A DNA stretch of 64,000 nucleotides from Raillietiella orientalis (lineage: Eukaryota), in NCBI GenBank assembly GCA_036172245.1, contig JAYWIR010000003.1:1984001-2048000 (forward strand). Reading direction: 5' to 3'. Positions 26,400 through 39,110 of the stretch are shown piece after piece (positions within the stretch are counted from its first letter, which is position 1; the number at the start of each line of letters is the position of its first letter). The notes beneath the pieces were generated by a model. It was not told where the DNA came from and made no database searches. It saw nothing but the letters and a program-made list of their open reading frames with translations. The position numbers were made by a program, and so were the translations under genes.

Positions 26400-29300
26400 A
26401 TATTAATGACGAGTCACGGTTTGTATCCTCCCAAAATTCTCAATTCAAAGTGTACAACGATTACTGTTTCTGGGAGAGGTTAAACACGGCAGTAAATGTC
26501 GAGAAACTGTACAGGAAGCGAAAAAAATGCTTCTCGGGAGAATGCGGATTTCGTTTAGAACCCAAAACTGCAGCCTTAGAGAAAGCATTTTTCAATCTTC
26601 TGCTTTGGTTCTCCGCCTCTTTGGAAATATCGCACCTTGCAATCTTGATTAACACCTGTTGGAGACAATTATCTGATCATGCACCATGTGTTCGAATTTT
26701 GTTGAGGAATTTCGAGGCAAACCGCCACTTGCAAAATTTAAAAGGGAGCTTTTTCAATGCTGTGACATTTATTAGTTATTTTCTGGATACCGAAACCTTC
26801 AATCTTGCCGCTACTTACACTGTAATTTCAAATGCCTTTATTTTCACAACTCGTACTAATGTTGTAGCTCAAAATTTAGTAATGACAATGAGTCGAGGAA
26901 ACAAAAGTCATAAGGGTAGCAGGTGACTTCCACCTAGTTCCATGGAACCACGAAAACCAAAGAGGATTTCCCCATGATCTTCCATTATGTAATGCAAGAG
27001 CTTCCACTTCATAGGTGTCTCAATTAGTTTCCAAGCATTTCCACTTCCGTGTTCCCTATCGGAATGGCTGCAAGGATCTCCGAATTTCCGCCAAATATTT
27101 ATAGGGGATGGCATGTGCTCCGCTCGCAAGGCCGCAGCTTGTCGATCCGAAGGAATGACTAAAAGACTAAATGACTTGTGGAGGAGCAGAATTACGAGAT
27201 CAGAGTGTCCAAAAAGCCTAAAGACGATTTGCGAATCTGATTTCTTGTCTCTCGCAATGCTGTAAGTTCACACAGTGGTTATTCAAAGCTTTGATGAGGT
27301 GTAGATTTTAATGTTTGCTTGTTTACATCCATGATAGAATGAATGTCTTGGAGAAGACTTCTGTCATGCTATGCAATCCGTTAGTCAGTGCATTCAGGAA
27401 TCTTGAAACCTTTCTTTCACTCCGGAACATTTTCATTCGCTCCATTTTTTTTTTTTTTTGGCAAGCATGTATAAATTCTATTAATGTGACCAGCATATGC
27501 TGATTTTTCCTTTAAAGACGTTCGGTATTTTACAAGGAGTATTCTTAACTGATTTAAGTTTTCAAGAACCACCTTTATCTAATTTTACTCTGGAATTCCA
27601 GTTTTTTAATCAACAGGTCTATGACTGAAGCGTTCATCAGGAAAGAATACTAAGAGATTCAGGTTTCTTCAAAAGGAACGATCATTTTTTTCCTGGATAA
27701 AGAAGCAACAGTTCCGGTCAGAGTTTGAACCTTTTTCTAGTTTAAAATGAAATAGACCTACTTTATCTATAATTTTCGAATGCGCTATTCCTATTCGGCA
27801 AAAAATGGAAATCAAATTGCTTTCTTCTAGTAGCACTTCCCTGACCGTAATCCAGTCGGTCGCACAGACAGAGCAAACAGGTATTGGCATGTTAAAAGTA
27901 AGCAGTTGACTCTTGAATGAGAAACACTCATTTCGATTTTCCCCAATCCCACAAGGGTGGGGTAAATTTATTTTTCTTTTACATTCATACTACATTTTCA
28001 TTCGCTCTATTCACATCCCTAAAGTCACTTTGAGGTCACTTTCTTGAGTTTTCACTGAGGTTCTGCACTTAAGGGGAACTAGGCGTCGTTTGTGCCCGGG
28101 AGTTGTCCTCAATCCTCTTCAGGGTATGTCGGTACTTCCAGGCCGGCACTCTTTCGCAATTTCTTATGCCGACCTCCTCCTGGATAAGCGCTTTCAGGAT
28201 TTCCATTGGAGATACGGTCGTCCTGGCGGTCTTCATCTTCCATCACCACACAAGTATGGCGGTGATGAAGAGGGTGATGGTCATCCTTACCATGGGATTG
28301 TAACAGGGAACGTTCCCATTTCCTTGGAACACGCCTGCTAAAATTCCCATGGTCGATGTGGTGGGCAGTCCGATAGCCCTTTTGAGGGGGTGCCACTCTT
28401 GTTGCATAGTGGGACAGGTCAAGACATGTATCCTTGTCTCCACATGCTTTGCAGGCCTCATCTTCTCTTCTTCCCGTGAAGTGCTTTATCCTAGACCCGC
28501 TCAGGATTTCTCCGTGATAAAACATCAGGAGGTTATCCTGGGTGTCTGGCGGTAGATCCCTCTTCCAGAGCGTTGTTCCGATCGCTAACAGGTTGATCCT
28601 GTCATTCCCGTAGCTGTCGGCGGCTTCTTGGAGGACACTGGTGTCTTTGTCCTCTTCTTTCATTAGTCTTCGGAGGTCCTGCTTGTTGACCTTGGACCAC
28701 GCAAAATTGTTGTTTTCCACACTTCGCGTGTCCTGTGGGTGTATCTTCCTATCACCATCTCAATGTACTTTCGTACTCTAGAGTGGTGAAGGTATCTTCC
28801 TCGCCTTCATGCTTGAATTCTTTGCAAGGTAACTCTGAGCCTCTGGTAGATCCAGCTCCTAGTGTCAGAAGACACTAGGAGCATCCACGGGATCATCAGG
28901 ATGGATTCCTCCTGCCAGAAATCCTTGCTCCTCGGCACGATTTTCAGTTGGTGCTTTCGCTGTATCCTTCTCCATGTTGGATCGATGGTTAACCATTCCC
29001 CTGCTCGGCCTAGCAACGCAGTCATCGGACCCTTCGGGTTGTTTAACAACAGAGAATAGGCCCTGTGCGCCGCATGTGGCCAGTCGTCCCAGTGGGCAGC
29101 GATAGCCAGGATTTGTCGCGTATCCACGTAACACTCATTTCGATGCCTTTCATTAAGAATAAACTTTCTGCGGCTTCCAAATCCGTGTGAATATGTAGTA
29201 AACTTTAATTGAAAGTTCAGCGGCGCATTTCGAAATTAAAAGAGGAATTGTCCACCACCTCCACGGTTTCGACGGCTTGGCCGAGGGGAAAGTGCAGTTC

Positions 29301-29600
29301 TCCGGGTGCCCGTGGGGAACTTCATGGTGCCGTTTCGTAGAAGAGGGCATGTGCCGTCATTATTTTAATGAGAAGATGCTCACTTCTGAGCTTTCGGCGC
29401 ACCGAACAGTGAAAGCTGTGTCATATCAATTAATGCACGAGATTTCACCTCAGGAAATCTTGCATAGTTAGGAAAGCTGAATGTCTCTTGATCAGGAAGT
29501 TGTAGATTCAACAAGAAGAAACATGTACCGAGCGCTCCTTTCCTTGCAATCATTGCATTTTGGGAGATCCTCTTTTCCGCAATTCTCAATAACGTAAGCA
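26400..29600 (-). mobile_element. Decayed DIRS-like retrotransposon (RT-RNase H), interrupted by non-LTR copy B
   Basis: Minus strand in DIRS order: HEVPHGHP...ELS..YIFTRIWKP (29350-29160), then the insertion, then IPVCSVCATDWITV...IG (YLDDW-like; 27890-27700), then AEHMPSPINIW (HIPGxxN-like; about 27120). Boundaries approximate. Confidence 0.5.
27938..29129 (-). mobile_element. 5'-truncated non-LTR retrotransposon (L1/Tx1-like ORF2 C-terminus), copy B
   Basis: ORF 28109-28720 has LWKRDLPPDTQDNLLMFYHGEILSGSRIKHFT...CKACGDKDT (zf-RVT-like). 3' end is AATAAA (27972-27967), a hairpin and AAA. Perfect 15-bp TSD AACACTCATTTCGAT at 27923-27937 and 29130-29144. Confidence 0.85.
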
Positions 29601-32399
29601 TTCTTCAGTCACTGATCTATCTGCACCGTTATCTGCATCAAATGAAATCCATATTTACCTGCACTAAAATGAATTTCAAATGGCGCTGACAAGTCAGCGA
29701 GGTTCAGATTCGAAGATTTTCGACGTCCACAAGAGTTGTAAAAAAAAAAAAAAATCCATTCTTCCGTGTTTCGTCACTCCTGAAGATGCTCGATCAATCA
29801 ATTCGGTCCAGAGAAGCGCACTCTCCTGTTCTGATTTCAACAGTTATTTGTTCATTTGTTTCGCTTGCATTTGTGGGTAGGTAAACAAGAAGACAAACAT
29901 GCACTCTGCGCAGTTTTTGAACTCGAGTCATGTGAGCAAGAACCGTATGAAAGAGAAACTCTGATTCTGAGTTTCCAAATATGCCAGACTTTTTTTTTTC
30001 TAAACGATCCTATTTTTTTCTTCTTTCTTTTTTTTTAAAAAATATGTGCAAATATAACAGAGAAATTTCGAAGACTTTCAAGGACAGAACTGGAAGAATC
30101 AAGAGAGCCATTCTACGTGAATATCTCAAATTTCATACATTTCATAGCATAGTTTCATACATAGCATAGCCATTTCGAGAAATGTTCTGTAAATCTCGTT
30201 GGAAATTCGAGGATGCTGGGCATCATTCCCCGGGCAAGAAATAATTCGGATGACTGAGATGCATCATCTGTCTTAAAACACTAACCAATTAAAAGTCTGA
30301 TGCTAGAAAAAAAAAAAAAAAATGAATTTTCAAGGTAGTTGTAAGCACTCTCACGCGACTTCAGATTTTCCAGGCTTTTCTTGTCGAGAGACCGTGGGGA
30401 AAAAAGTGCATCGCAACGAAATGATCCGGTCACACATGTAAGCCGGAAACTGTGTGCACCATTTCCTTGGGAGGGTGTGTCCCTATTCGTTTCTTGAACC
30501 ACCCCGCTGTCCATTCTTCCTTTCCGCTGACCTTCATTTTTGATCTCGTCGATATAAAAGAAGATAGCGAGGACAGATGGAATGAACCAGTATCCGGTTC
30601 GTCTATTTTTCGGCCATAGATCTGATTCTATAAGGTGAGCCCTTTCCATATGATCCGAAGGATTATTCGTTTATTTCTGCAAAGAATGCTTCTTCTATCT
30701 GGCAGGTTTTTGATGACAACAACAATCTCAATCAGGAATACGTGAATCCATGATGATTACAGGGTTCATTAAAGATCTGCGAAGGCTCATGTTCTCTTCC
30801 AACATAACAGCTATGTCACGCGTATATGGCAGCTAATTCGGGTGGTCACACGCGGAGCGTGGGTATGCGGCGTCCGATTTCATGAGTCGATAGACTTTTC
30901 TGCTTTGCTGGATATACCCACGTCCTTGGATGCTAAAATCAACCAGTTTGAAACTCCACTACTCAGGAGTTTTTGATTCTTATTTCCCCTTTCATCTGCT
31001 TACTCATCTACCGCTATAGATGTCTGGATGTGCCCCCGCTGTAAGAGGTCCGGTGGTGGATCTCTTTGAATTGGAAGATGCTCAGCAGCTGAAAGCACAC
31101 GTCTTCAATTCACTTACTTCTAACGTATATTCCAAATGAGCATCTCTAATTGGTGATAAACAACTGCGATTTATTAGATTATCTAGGTTTGAATCTCAAG
31201 TATAAATAATCCAATCAATCCATCAACCTGCAAGTATGTGCAGCTCACCAGTTTCTAATCGTTCCAGTGAAGGAAGAGCAAATCTCAAAAACCGTCATCA
31301 TCCTGGTCTCGGAAAGAGATCTGAGCCTCGTCACCTGTGTTTATTGTGTTTATTACATTCCTTGTGTTTATCCCTATTACATTTTGTTCCTCTCACACAA
31401 GATCACTGTCTCCAGCTGATGGTGCTGAGATATTAATCTGAGCTGAACGTCTGGAGAGCTGAGTTCGTGGTTTCACATTCGTCAGCCTTACTGAAGGAGT
31501 CTGGGATAGAAATGATAAGCCTGATGAAACGTTTTGATCTCGGACCATGCGTGCAAGAACTGTTAGGATGCTAAAAGATCCTAATCCCGAGAAAGATTTC
31601 CATAGCCTTGGGGCAGCGGGAGGCAAATCGGAACTTTGAAGGAAGATCGAATCAAAATACAAGAGCAGAGAGAGGATCCCTTGGCTACGAAGAAGACTTT
31701 TCAATCTTCAGGGATTACCATTCTCACGGTAATGCTTGGAATCACCCGCCAAACCAAAAGTACCACGGCTCAGTTAAACGTTCGGTGGTGGTCACAAAGG
31801 GTAAGCACTGTGAATGGAGGAGGTTCCGCAAGGTTCTTTAAAAAGTGAGCGATGTTTTTCTGGTTTTGGAGGAGAGAAGTACGCTCTTACGGGAATTCAC
31901 TTTCTGTAAGTCGCTTGCGGATAGTGAGTGACACTTTCTCGTCTTGGAGCTTTCTGGTGAAATGCTAAATTATAGACAATCCAGGTTGCAAGACCGATAG
32001 GCTGGAAGAGACGGTGTGAGTTCTGCATCCTTCCAGATGCTTTTGCACCTGTATTCGGAATCTCGGGATGCAATCGCTTTCATGATTCACGACCAGATTC
32101 CTCTGTTCTCGTATCGCATATCCATCACCAATTTTTTCTGGTCGATTTGCGAGAGAGTGATTTGTTGATTTTCTTTGTTTTTTTTTTTTCTTTTCAGAAG
32201 ACGCAGCTCGAAGACTTTGAAACCAGATATAATCTCTCCAGCCACGTGCCGAAGCATGAGAGCGCGCCCTCATTTGATGAAGACCAGTGGAGAACAGCAA
32301 CGTGTAAATCAGAATATCTCTCGAGGGGCTTAGATTAAAAGGAAGTCAAAATAAAAAATGATTTTCAAAGAGTGGGAATGCCAATTTCTTGAACTCTAA

Positions 32400-32900
32400 A
32401 CTTTTAAGCAAACAAAGCGGTCTTTCCCTGATGTGTTCCTCCGTGCTTCCCGACAGCGCATTCGTAAGGCGGTAATGACCGTGAAAACTGAAGATTCGGT
32501 ATGAAAGTTGCAATTACTCAGGAAGGTATTGGTGACATACGACAGATGTCCTTCAAGACGTACAAATGACACTTTCCGCCATTTCTTCTTCGATCACGGA
32601 TAAAATTCCAAGTTCTGGATTTCATTTCGGATTCTCCAGAAGCTCTGATCAGCTGAATGGGGGAATTGTGTACAAAGCGAGGTATGCACGTGGTTCCGGA
32701 GGAAATAGAAGAGAAACTTGTCCACTCCCCGCACTAAACAAACATGGAATGGAGCCACCATTTCGATTCACCCGAGCAAAAGCATACAGGAAAGGCGGCC
32801 ATGCCAGGGTTGCCAACAGAAGTTAATGGAATTCCTCTAGATGGCCTTCGAAAACCCGTGATTTTCCAGATCAGTAGTAAATCATTTGATCTTCAGATTC
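32400..32900 (-). mobile_element. Decayed DIRS-like MT-region fragment
   Basis: Minus-strand YTIPPFS*SELL near 32670 resembles DIRS 'YAFPPFxLIxxxL'. Single motif only. Confidence 0.25.
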
Positions 32901-33061
32901 GATACTACAAAAATAAAATGCAAACTAACAATTAATAGTTGATCACGTTAAACCTATATTATTAAGCTACTACTGCACGTGTTCGATACATAAGGAGAGA
33001 GCCGTAGTGCTGGTCTTATTACTAATAGCCAAAAGAAAACCATAGAACAGTCTGTAAAGTG

Positions 33062-34648
33062 AAGGCAGCGTGAAATAGTGCTGCTGCGGCAATTTTTGTG
33101 TGCCCTGACGGAGCAAGTGACAGTGGAAGGAGAGACCGACGAAGTGCACAGTGGAGAGTGAGAGTAAGAAGACACCCACAGCCCAGACCCACGACACTGG
33201 AAGGGAATATGGAGAGGATGAAAGTGGAAGCATGATCATCGGCCACGGCGGCGGCGAAGACGGCAGCTGAGACAGCAAGCGAGGTACCTGCAGCTTGCTA
33301 TACGCAACCGTGGCAGCACCCTTGTCAAGGGGAGCGTCCGCGGCAACCACGGAACTAGGCACTATCGCCAGAAGAGAAATTAAGAAGGGGTCAGGCCCCC
33401 TGAGGGATTTTGACCCGGCGGTGAACGCCATCGCTCTCCCGATGGGATCAGTGCGGTGCGAGATATCTATCTCGAGATCCACCACCGAAGCATCGGCTTC
33501 ACGAAGATCAAAGCAATCGTGCCGTTCGTTGGGGGCTTTTCTGTATACACAAATAGCTCCGACGATCTCGTGGGCAACGGACTGCTCCAGAACGGAAGAA
33601 TCCTACACGGGATCTGAGAACAGGCGGCAATGACAGTCCACCTGTTGGACCTGGAGACCAGGACCGCAGGAGGCAGCAGATAGGTGCACTTCGAACAATA
33701 CTGCGAAGTCGTCAACATTCGAGAGAAGGTTTACAAGGACGGAGCCTTCGCAAGACAGGGTGGTGATGAAGGTCCTCTCGTCCAAAGATGCGAAGATCCC
33801 CAACCCCGTCCGGATCGACGAACACCCGCAGATGGCATAGGCAGCCTACCGTTAACAGCCTGAGTTTTGCCGGACATGTATGATCGGTTTCAGAGTAGCA
33901 ACGTGCCCCAGCACGAAATGCCAGTGCGGCAAAACGGGACATGCGTGAGCCCCAAGCGGTGCACCTTTTGCAAAGCGGCGGGTCACGAAAGCAAGAAGGA
34001 CTGCAGGAAATTTCAGCAATGGTCTGAATTCCAAAATCCACAGCGCTCGAAACTGCCGAAGAAAATCGGAATGAACAACCAGAAAGGGGAACAGACGTCC
34101 GCAACGAAATGCAGAGATGAAGCTAACTTGCAGGTAGAGGTCGAGGGTTACTTCGATCAATAGGAGCAGGAGGAGCTCGTTCTCCAGACGAGTTCCCTGC
34201 CCGACGAAACAGCTGCATAACTAGAGATCCAGTCTGTCGTACTTCCCATCGACAGGAAGAAGAAGGAAGGGCGATTTATGGTCATGCTTTCCAGGGGTGT
34301 AGATGCCACATCCCCAGGCACAGAAAACGAGGGGAGCGCAGACAGAAACTGGACTTTCCGAAGAAGAGACGCCCTGCAGGGATGCCGTTAGGGTGGCAAC
34401 AGTGGCACCAACAGGAAGAAGATCCAGCAGTGGAGTGGTAGTCGTCTCCAGACGGCTGAAAAGGAAACGGAAGGTGGTGCAGGCCGCTGCCCACATCAAA
34501 GACATAAATGTTCTGAAACCCACTGGACTGAAACCCACTCCCCGAACCATCAATAGCAGCAACAGCGAAAAGGAAAAGAAGAGCAATCGAAGTGTAATTG
34601 CCATTGTAATTTAATAAAATTTACCCTACCGCGAGTCGGACCGGGGAA
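33062..34648 (+). mobile_element. ORF1-only (HAL1-like) non-LTR element with gag-like zinc knuckles, copy C
   Basis: Purine-rich leader, then LYATVAA (ORF1 'SYAxVA'-like), VVMKVL..IPNPVRI, and knuckles CRTC..TCP / KCQCGKTGH / CTFCKAAGHESKKDC (33867-34005). A charged tail follows, then directly AATAAA (34613) plus the hairpin shared with copies A and B. No APE or RT. Decayed TSD candidate AGTCTGTAAAGTG (33049-33061) vs AGTGTGTAAGTG (34649-34660). Confidence 0.7.
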
Positions 34649-35049
34649 AGTGTGTAAGTGGTAATTAAATACTCCAACTAGTTGCCGCTGCACTACTACA
34701 ATCACAGTTTAAGCATCGAAATATTTTAATAGTGAGGAAGTCGTTTTCCTCGGCAATCGTTACCAGCAATGCAATAATTTATCGATGTGACTCGACATCC
34801 TCCGAGACCGAAACGGGGGTAGATACAATATCCGGAATTCTATTTAAGTCTATTGACAGCATCCATAACTGAAAATTTTATTTGCAACCATGGAAAACCC
34901 GTAAAATCCGTTAGGATTCCCGCTCGGCGGGATAGAATAGTTTTAGCCGCTAGATGGGTTTCGCAAAACGCTAGATCTAGCGGGAAAACCACTAAATTGG
35001 CAATCCTGAAGGCGACTGAGCTCAAATATTGGTGTTTCTAACTAAATGA

Positions 35050-36900
35050 CCCCTGCAGGATTTGACGACAGGAAGCTGTCAAGGAAATTTCGGTCGCCCT
35101 AGCAACTATGAAGGCACGGAACGACTTTCATCACTGTTGCGAAGTCCTGCTGGCTTTCCTCATCTACGCAACCAAGAGATCCAGGAGAAAGGTTTTTTAT
35201 TCAAAAGAGCAGATCCGTTCAATGGATTACTTCCAGAGGAAGGCAGAAATGAAGATGCGCACGGTCCATTTCCAAGCACGTAAATAAAGAATTCCCGTTT
35301 TGTTGTTGCTGTTGTTCTTGTTGCTGCTGCTGTAGTTGTTGGAGTAAGCCGAGAACGGTAATTCGTTTTGCCTGCCGCAGTGCTAAAAGAGCGATTCTCT
35401 GGAAGTCTGGAGTTTCGTTCCGTCATTCCTTTTAGGGCTCTTGCGGCTCTCAAAACAGGAAACCACTCGAGAAATTGCTGCGGTTTTGCACTGCCTCGGC
35501 GCACTTCACGCGAGCACGCGAGTTCCGTGTGGCACGTGAGCTCAGCCTCCCAGTACTCGTTCTTCGCCGTTCCGCTCGCCCATCCCGATGCTGATCATCC
35601 CGAGGAGCACCTGCTGCGGTGCACCACCGTGTTCGCCGTCCCTGGCTGCGCGCGCCGGTGCGTTCCTCTCGCTCTTCAAGGAGACCGACCGCTCCCGCTT
35701 TTGCGAGGACGCCCGTCGATGCGTTCGCGACAGACTCCGCGGGAATCCGTCTGCGTCTCGGGGAAGATTCGTGAACCACCCGTCCCTGAAGAACCCTGCG
35801 AGCAGGCGGGCGTGCCTGAAAAGGACACGCAAAACGCACAAACATCGCCTGCGCAGCGCCTCCCTCCGTTCGCCGCGCAGCTTTTCCCTTCGAAAGTGCT
35901 CCCCCGGCAGTTTCACTACCTCGGAAATCGGTTTTCGCTGTGCTGTTCCCGAGGACCGAGGTGGCGCGGCTTCGCCGGCGTTTTTTGCTCCCTGCAACAG
36001 CATCACGCAGCGTTCTTTATCGAATAGCTAATGAGATCGAAGCGATGCGCACGTTGGTGGAAAGAAGCCTCTCTGGCCGGGATCGCGTGCTGGAGAAAGG
36101 GGATTCTACGAATTCGATGGAAATTTCCCCCAAGACAAAACAAAGGAAGGTCGAGAAAGCGCTGCCGTGTTTATGGGTATTTCACGCATCGACGAAGATG
36201 CAAGGCAGAAGGGGGATCGGCATGCCCAAAGCACCACGTAAGCGGAGTTACCACTTATTCCTCAACAGCTGCAGGTAGCGTTGCGAGAAAGACGAATTCT
36301 TAAATAAGATTCCACGGAACGCAGTCGTTTCTCTGAAAAATCTCAGGCACGTTAGAGAAAGGAACATCATCAAAAGTGATGGCCGCAAAGAAATGGAAAG
36401 TGTGTGCGCGTTTTTCCATGTGCATCGAAGATTTCCGGTGCAAACGATTTTGACGCTGATGCATTCTGGTGGTTCCATTCCGGAGGGGGAGCGCTGAAAT
36501 CAAGAAGCCGATGCAGTTGGGTCCAACAAGAAAGGAAGGAGCCATCGGAATGAACTGGAAAGCGGGTTGCCAGAGGAACCAGCTCTTCACGCATCAAATG
36601 CTTGGAAACGGCTTGGGATTTTTTGCGGCTCTCCTCCAAGGCGTCCAATTCCAGAGGACTTCTTTGGCCGCTTCCCCCCCGCTAAGAATTCCTCCCACAC
36701 AATTCTTTCAAGTCTTTCTCATTTTTTTACAAGCGTTTTGGCCTCGCATGCTGGATGTTCTTCTGGTTCTCTGCTGACGTGGATACTCCCAGACTTTGCG
36801 ATCGGGGCAAAGCGCACCCCCTGGCGAGCTGACGCATGGGAAACAAGAAGAGCTCAAAAGAAGGAGTTTCCGATTTTCTCTTCTAGAGCAACGATTTAGC
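35050..36900 (+). mobile_element. Decayed DIRS-like retrotransposon (RT-RNase H-MT)
   Basis: Motifs in the correct DIRS order across broken frames: FRSVIPFRAL (LPFGL-like, about 35415), MLII (YLDDxLI-like, about 35590), ARWW (about 36050), WVFHAS (TDAS-like, about 36180), NAVVSLKN, IPEG..NQEADAV (IPGxxNxxAD, about 36480), LHASNAWKRLGIFC (DLFASxxN..L..F), ASPPL..FWPR (MT-like). Confidence 0.55.
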
Positions 36901-37507
36901 GCAATCAGCGTCCACACACGGGACAAGAACTGCCCCTTTTGATAGTTCCCTCCGCAGCTCAGCCTGTACTCACAAACTTTTGCTCCGAAAAGCTCCAAGA
37001 AACTTGCTTGCCATTCCCAGCCGATTCCCTGCTACCGTCTTCCTTCGCGAAGGGATGGAAGGCTGCTTGATACGCCTGTGCATCGCCCACGACAATCCCG
37101 CCTTGAAGAAACCCGCATCTTTGCATTGGGAAGATTCCGTTCGGTAGTTACGGTGATGTTTGTTGCACAGAGGTCCAGAGTGGCTTTTCCTGTGGCGTCT
37201 GACAGCTCTGTCACGGGTTCGGAATCAGTGTATCGGCAGTCCTGACTACTTCCCTGTGAAGTTCCTCATCCGTCTTGTTCACGGTACCTCTCTCACAGGG
37301 GGGTGCTTGTGTGCCCTCGCTTTATCCTCGAAACCACGACTACGTGAATGGACAATCCTACTCCATCTTTGGCAAATCAGCTGTGGGCTGTGTGCCCCCT
37401 GTTCCGAGCTCAATGGAAAAAGTGCCCCGACCACCGATGATGAAGAACAAAAAAAGACTGACAAAATGATGACAGTGGAAAAGTGGTCAGGGAACTTTTC
37501 ACTGCCA

Positions 37508-37605
37508 TCATCCCTGTCGCCGTAAATTGGATTTGGTTATGCCTGTCGGTAGGGTTCCCTGTAAGATGCTGCATCTCTGTCGCCGTAAGGATTGGATTTT
37601 TGGTT
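37508..37605 (+). repeat. Imperfect direct repeat, about 31-34 bp x2
   Basis: CATCCCTGTCGCCGTAAATTGGATTTGGTT and CATCTCTGTCGCCGTAAGGATTGGATTTTTGGTT. Confidence 0.7.
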
Positions 37606-38411
37606 CCTCGTGCTGCAATGGCATGTCACGCATGGGAGAATGCTCTCATCCCAACATACAGATGTAGTTCTCCTTAGAACTGATTAAGATCATTTTTTTC
37701 CGTATGATCGCATGCATCAGTTCTCACATAGGACATGAGGACTTTCCCTTTCAGTAAAGCGTATGCTCTCCTGAATATTGATGAACAGAAGCATCAGTAG
37801 AATCTCTTGTATTTCATTCTGGAATGGGCACGTGAATTTCCCAATTCCCTTTTCCAGTCCATTATTTTCACCATTCTGAAGATTTCTACTTTCCCTCTTG
37901 GAACTTTTCCCTCGAAAGTTGCCCTTCCTTATTTTCATTATATTTTTTTTCTTCTTTTTTCTCTTTTTCTACTGGAACACAATGCATACGGTTTGCTACG
38001 TTGTTTCTTCTTTACTTGAGGCAGATACCATTCCTATGCGACGGCAAAGATCAAACTGGGAAGATGTCCTGAACACTCGATTCGGTTTGCGCTACTCACA
38101 ACCCAAGTAAAATCTTCCACAAGTTGATCACATGCATCTCCATCGATTCTAAAGGTCTAGAGGGGACTAAAATATGGGAAGATATAATGGGATCCTTCGA
38201 TAAGCACCGAAGATTTCGCATGCAAATGATTTTAACGTTGATGATTTTGCTTTAGCTGTTAGCTGATGATCCATGGGACACCGTTAGAAAGAGCGCCAGA
38301 ACTATTTGGGTCCATGTGTGTGCTCCTCTTGAGTCACTGAACGAATAGCAGGCTGCCGCGCTCGCTTTGCCACTGGCTTGCGCATCATTGGTGAGCCTTG
38401 CTAAGTGGTCC

Positions 38412-39110
38412 TTTTTCCCAACTGGTTCCTCCAAACTTCAGGGAAAATTTAGTTTGAAATATCAGCAATGAGGGGAGCAACAGGCAATTTATATACATTT
38501 TGGTAGATACAGTAATTATTGAAGGGAGGCAGTTTTCACCCCCTTCTTCAGCGGTCTTCAACTCTTCCTGTGATTTGAGAACGTTCTTCCATGATGGGCA
38601 ATGACCCATCCGGTGTCTTTCCAGTACACACTCGGGAATGCTGCACGTTCCAGAGCACCACCTCTTTTCCACCTGCTTTTTGGAGGTCCCTCACCCCGTT
38701 TCCCGGATCCCGAGCATCCTGCCACGCGTGTTGGGAAGCCAATCCTCGCTACTCGCTCTCCCTCACATTTCGCATCGCTGTTGATGAATACCCACAAGGG
38801 CAAGCGACGTCTAGTATGATCACCACCATCCCTTTTCCCTAAGGCCCGGCCTTAGTTTTGGATCTATCCCCGGAGATGTCTGGTTGGCGGCTATTAGCTT
38901 CCAGCGTTATCGGAATGGCCCTTCCGAGCCGGGTCACCAGCTCGTCGTGCCCTCTCCCGGTTTCTGACTCATGCGTTGATACCTGGCTACACCAGAGAGT
39001 TCTGGTTAGCTGCTATAGATTCCCGGTGTTTCCGAATGACCCTTCTTGATCCGGGAAGCCAGCTGGGAAGACCTCGGCTTGAGCTCATCCAACAATGAGT
39101 CCTCTACAAG
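38412..39110 (-). mobile_element. Decayed non-LTR 3' fragment with Cys/His finger, copy D
   Basis: Minus ORF has CSGTCSIPECVLERHRMGHCP. It ends with ACTAAA-TTTTCCC...GGGAAAAA, a layout similar to copies A-C. No TSD found; the 5' boundary is uncertain. Confidence 0.4.
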
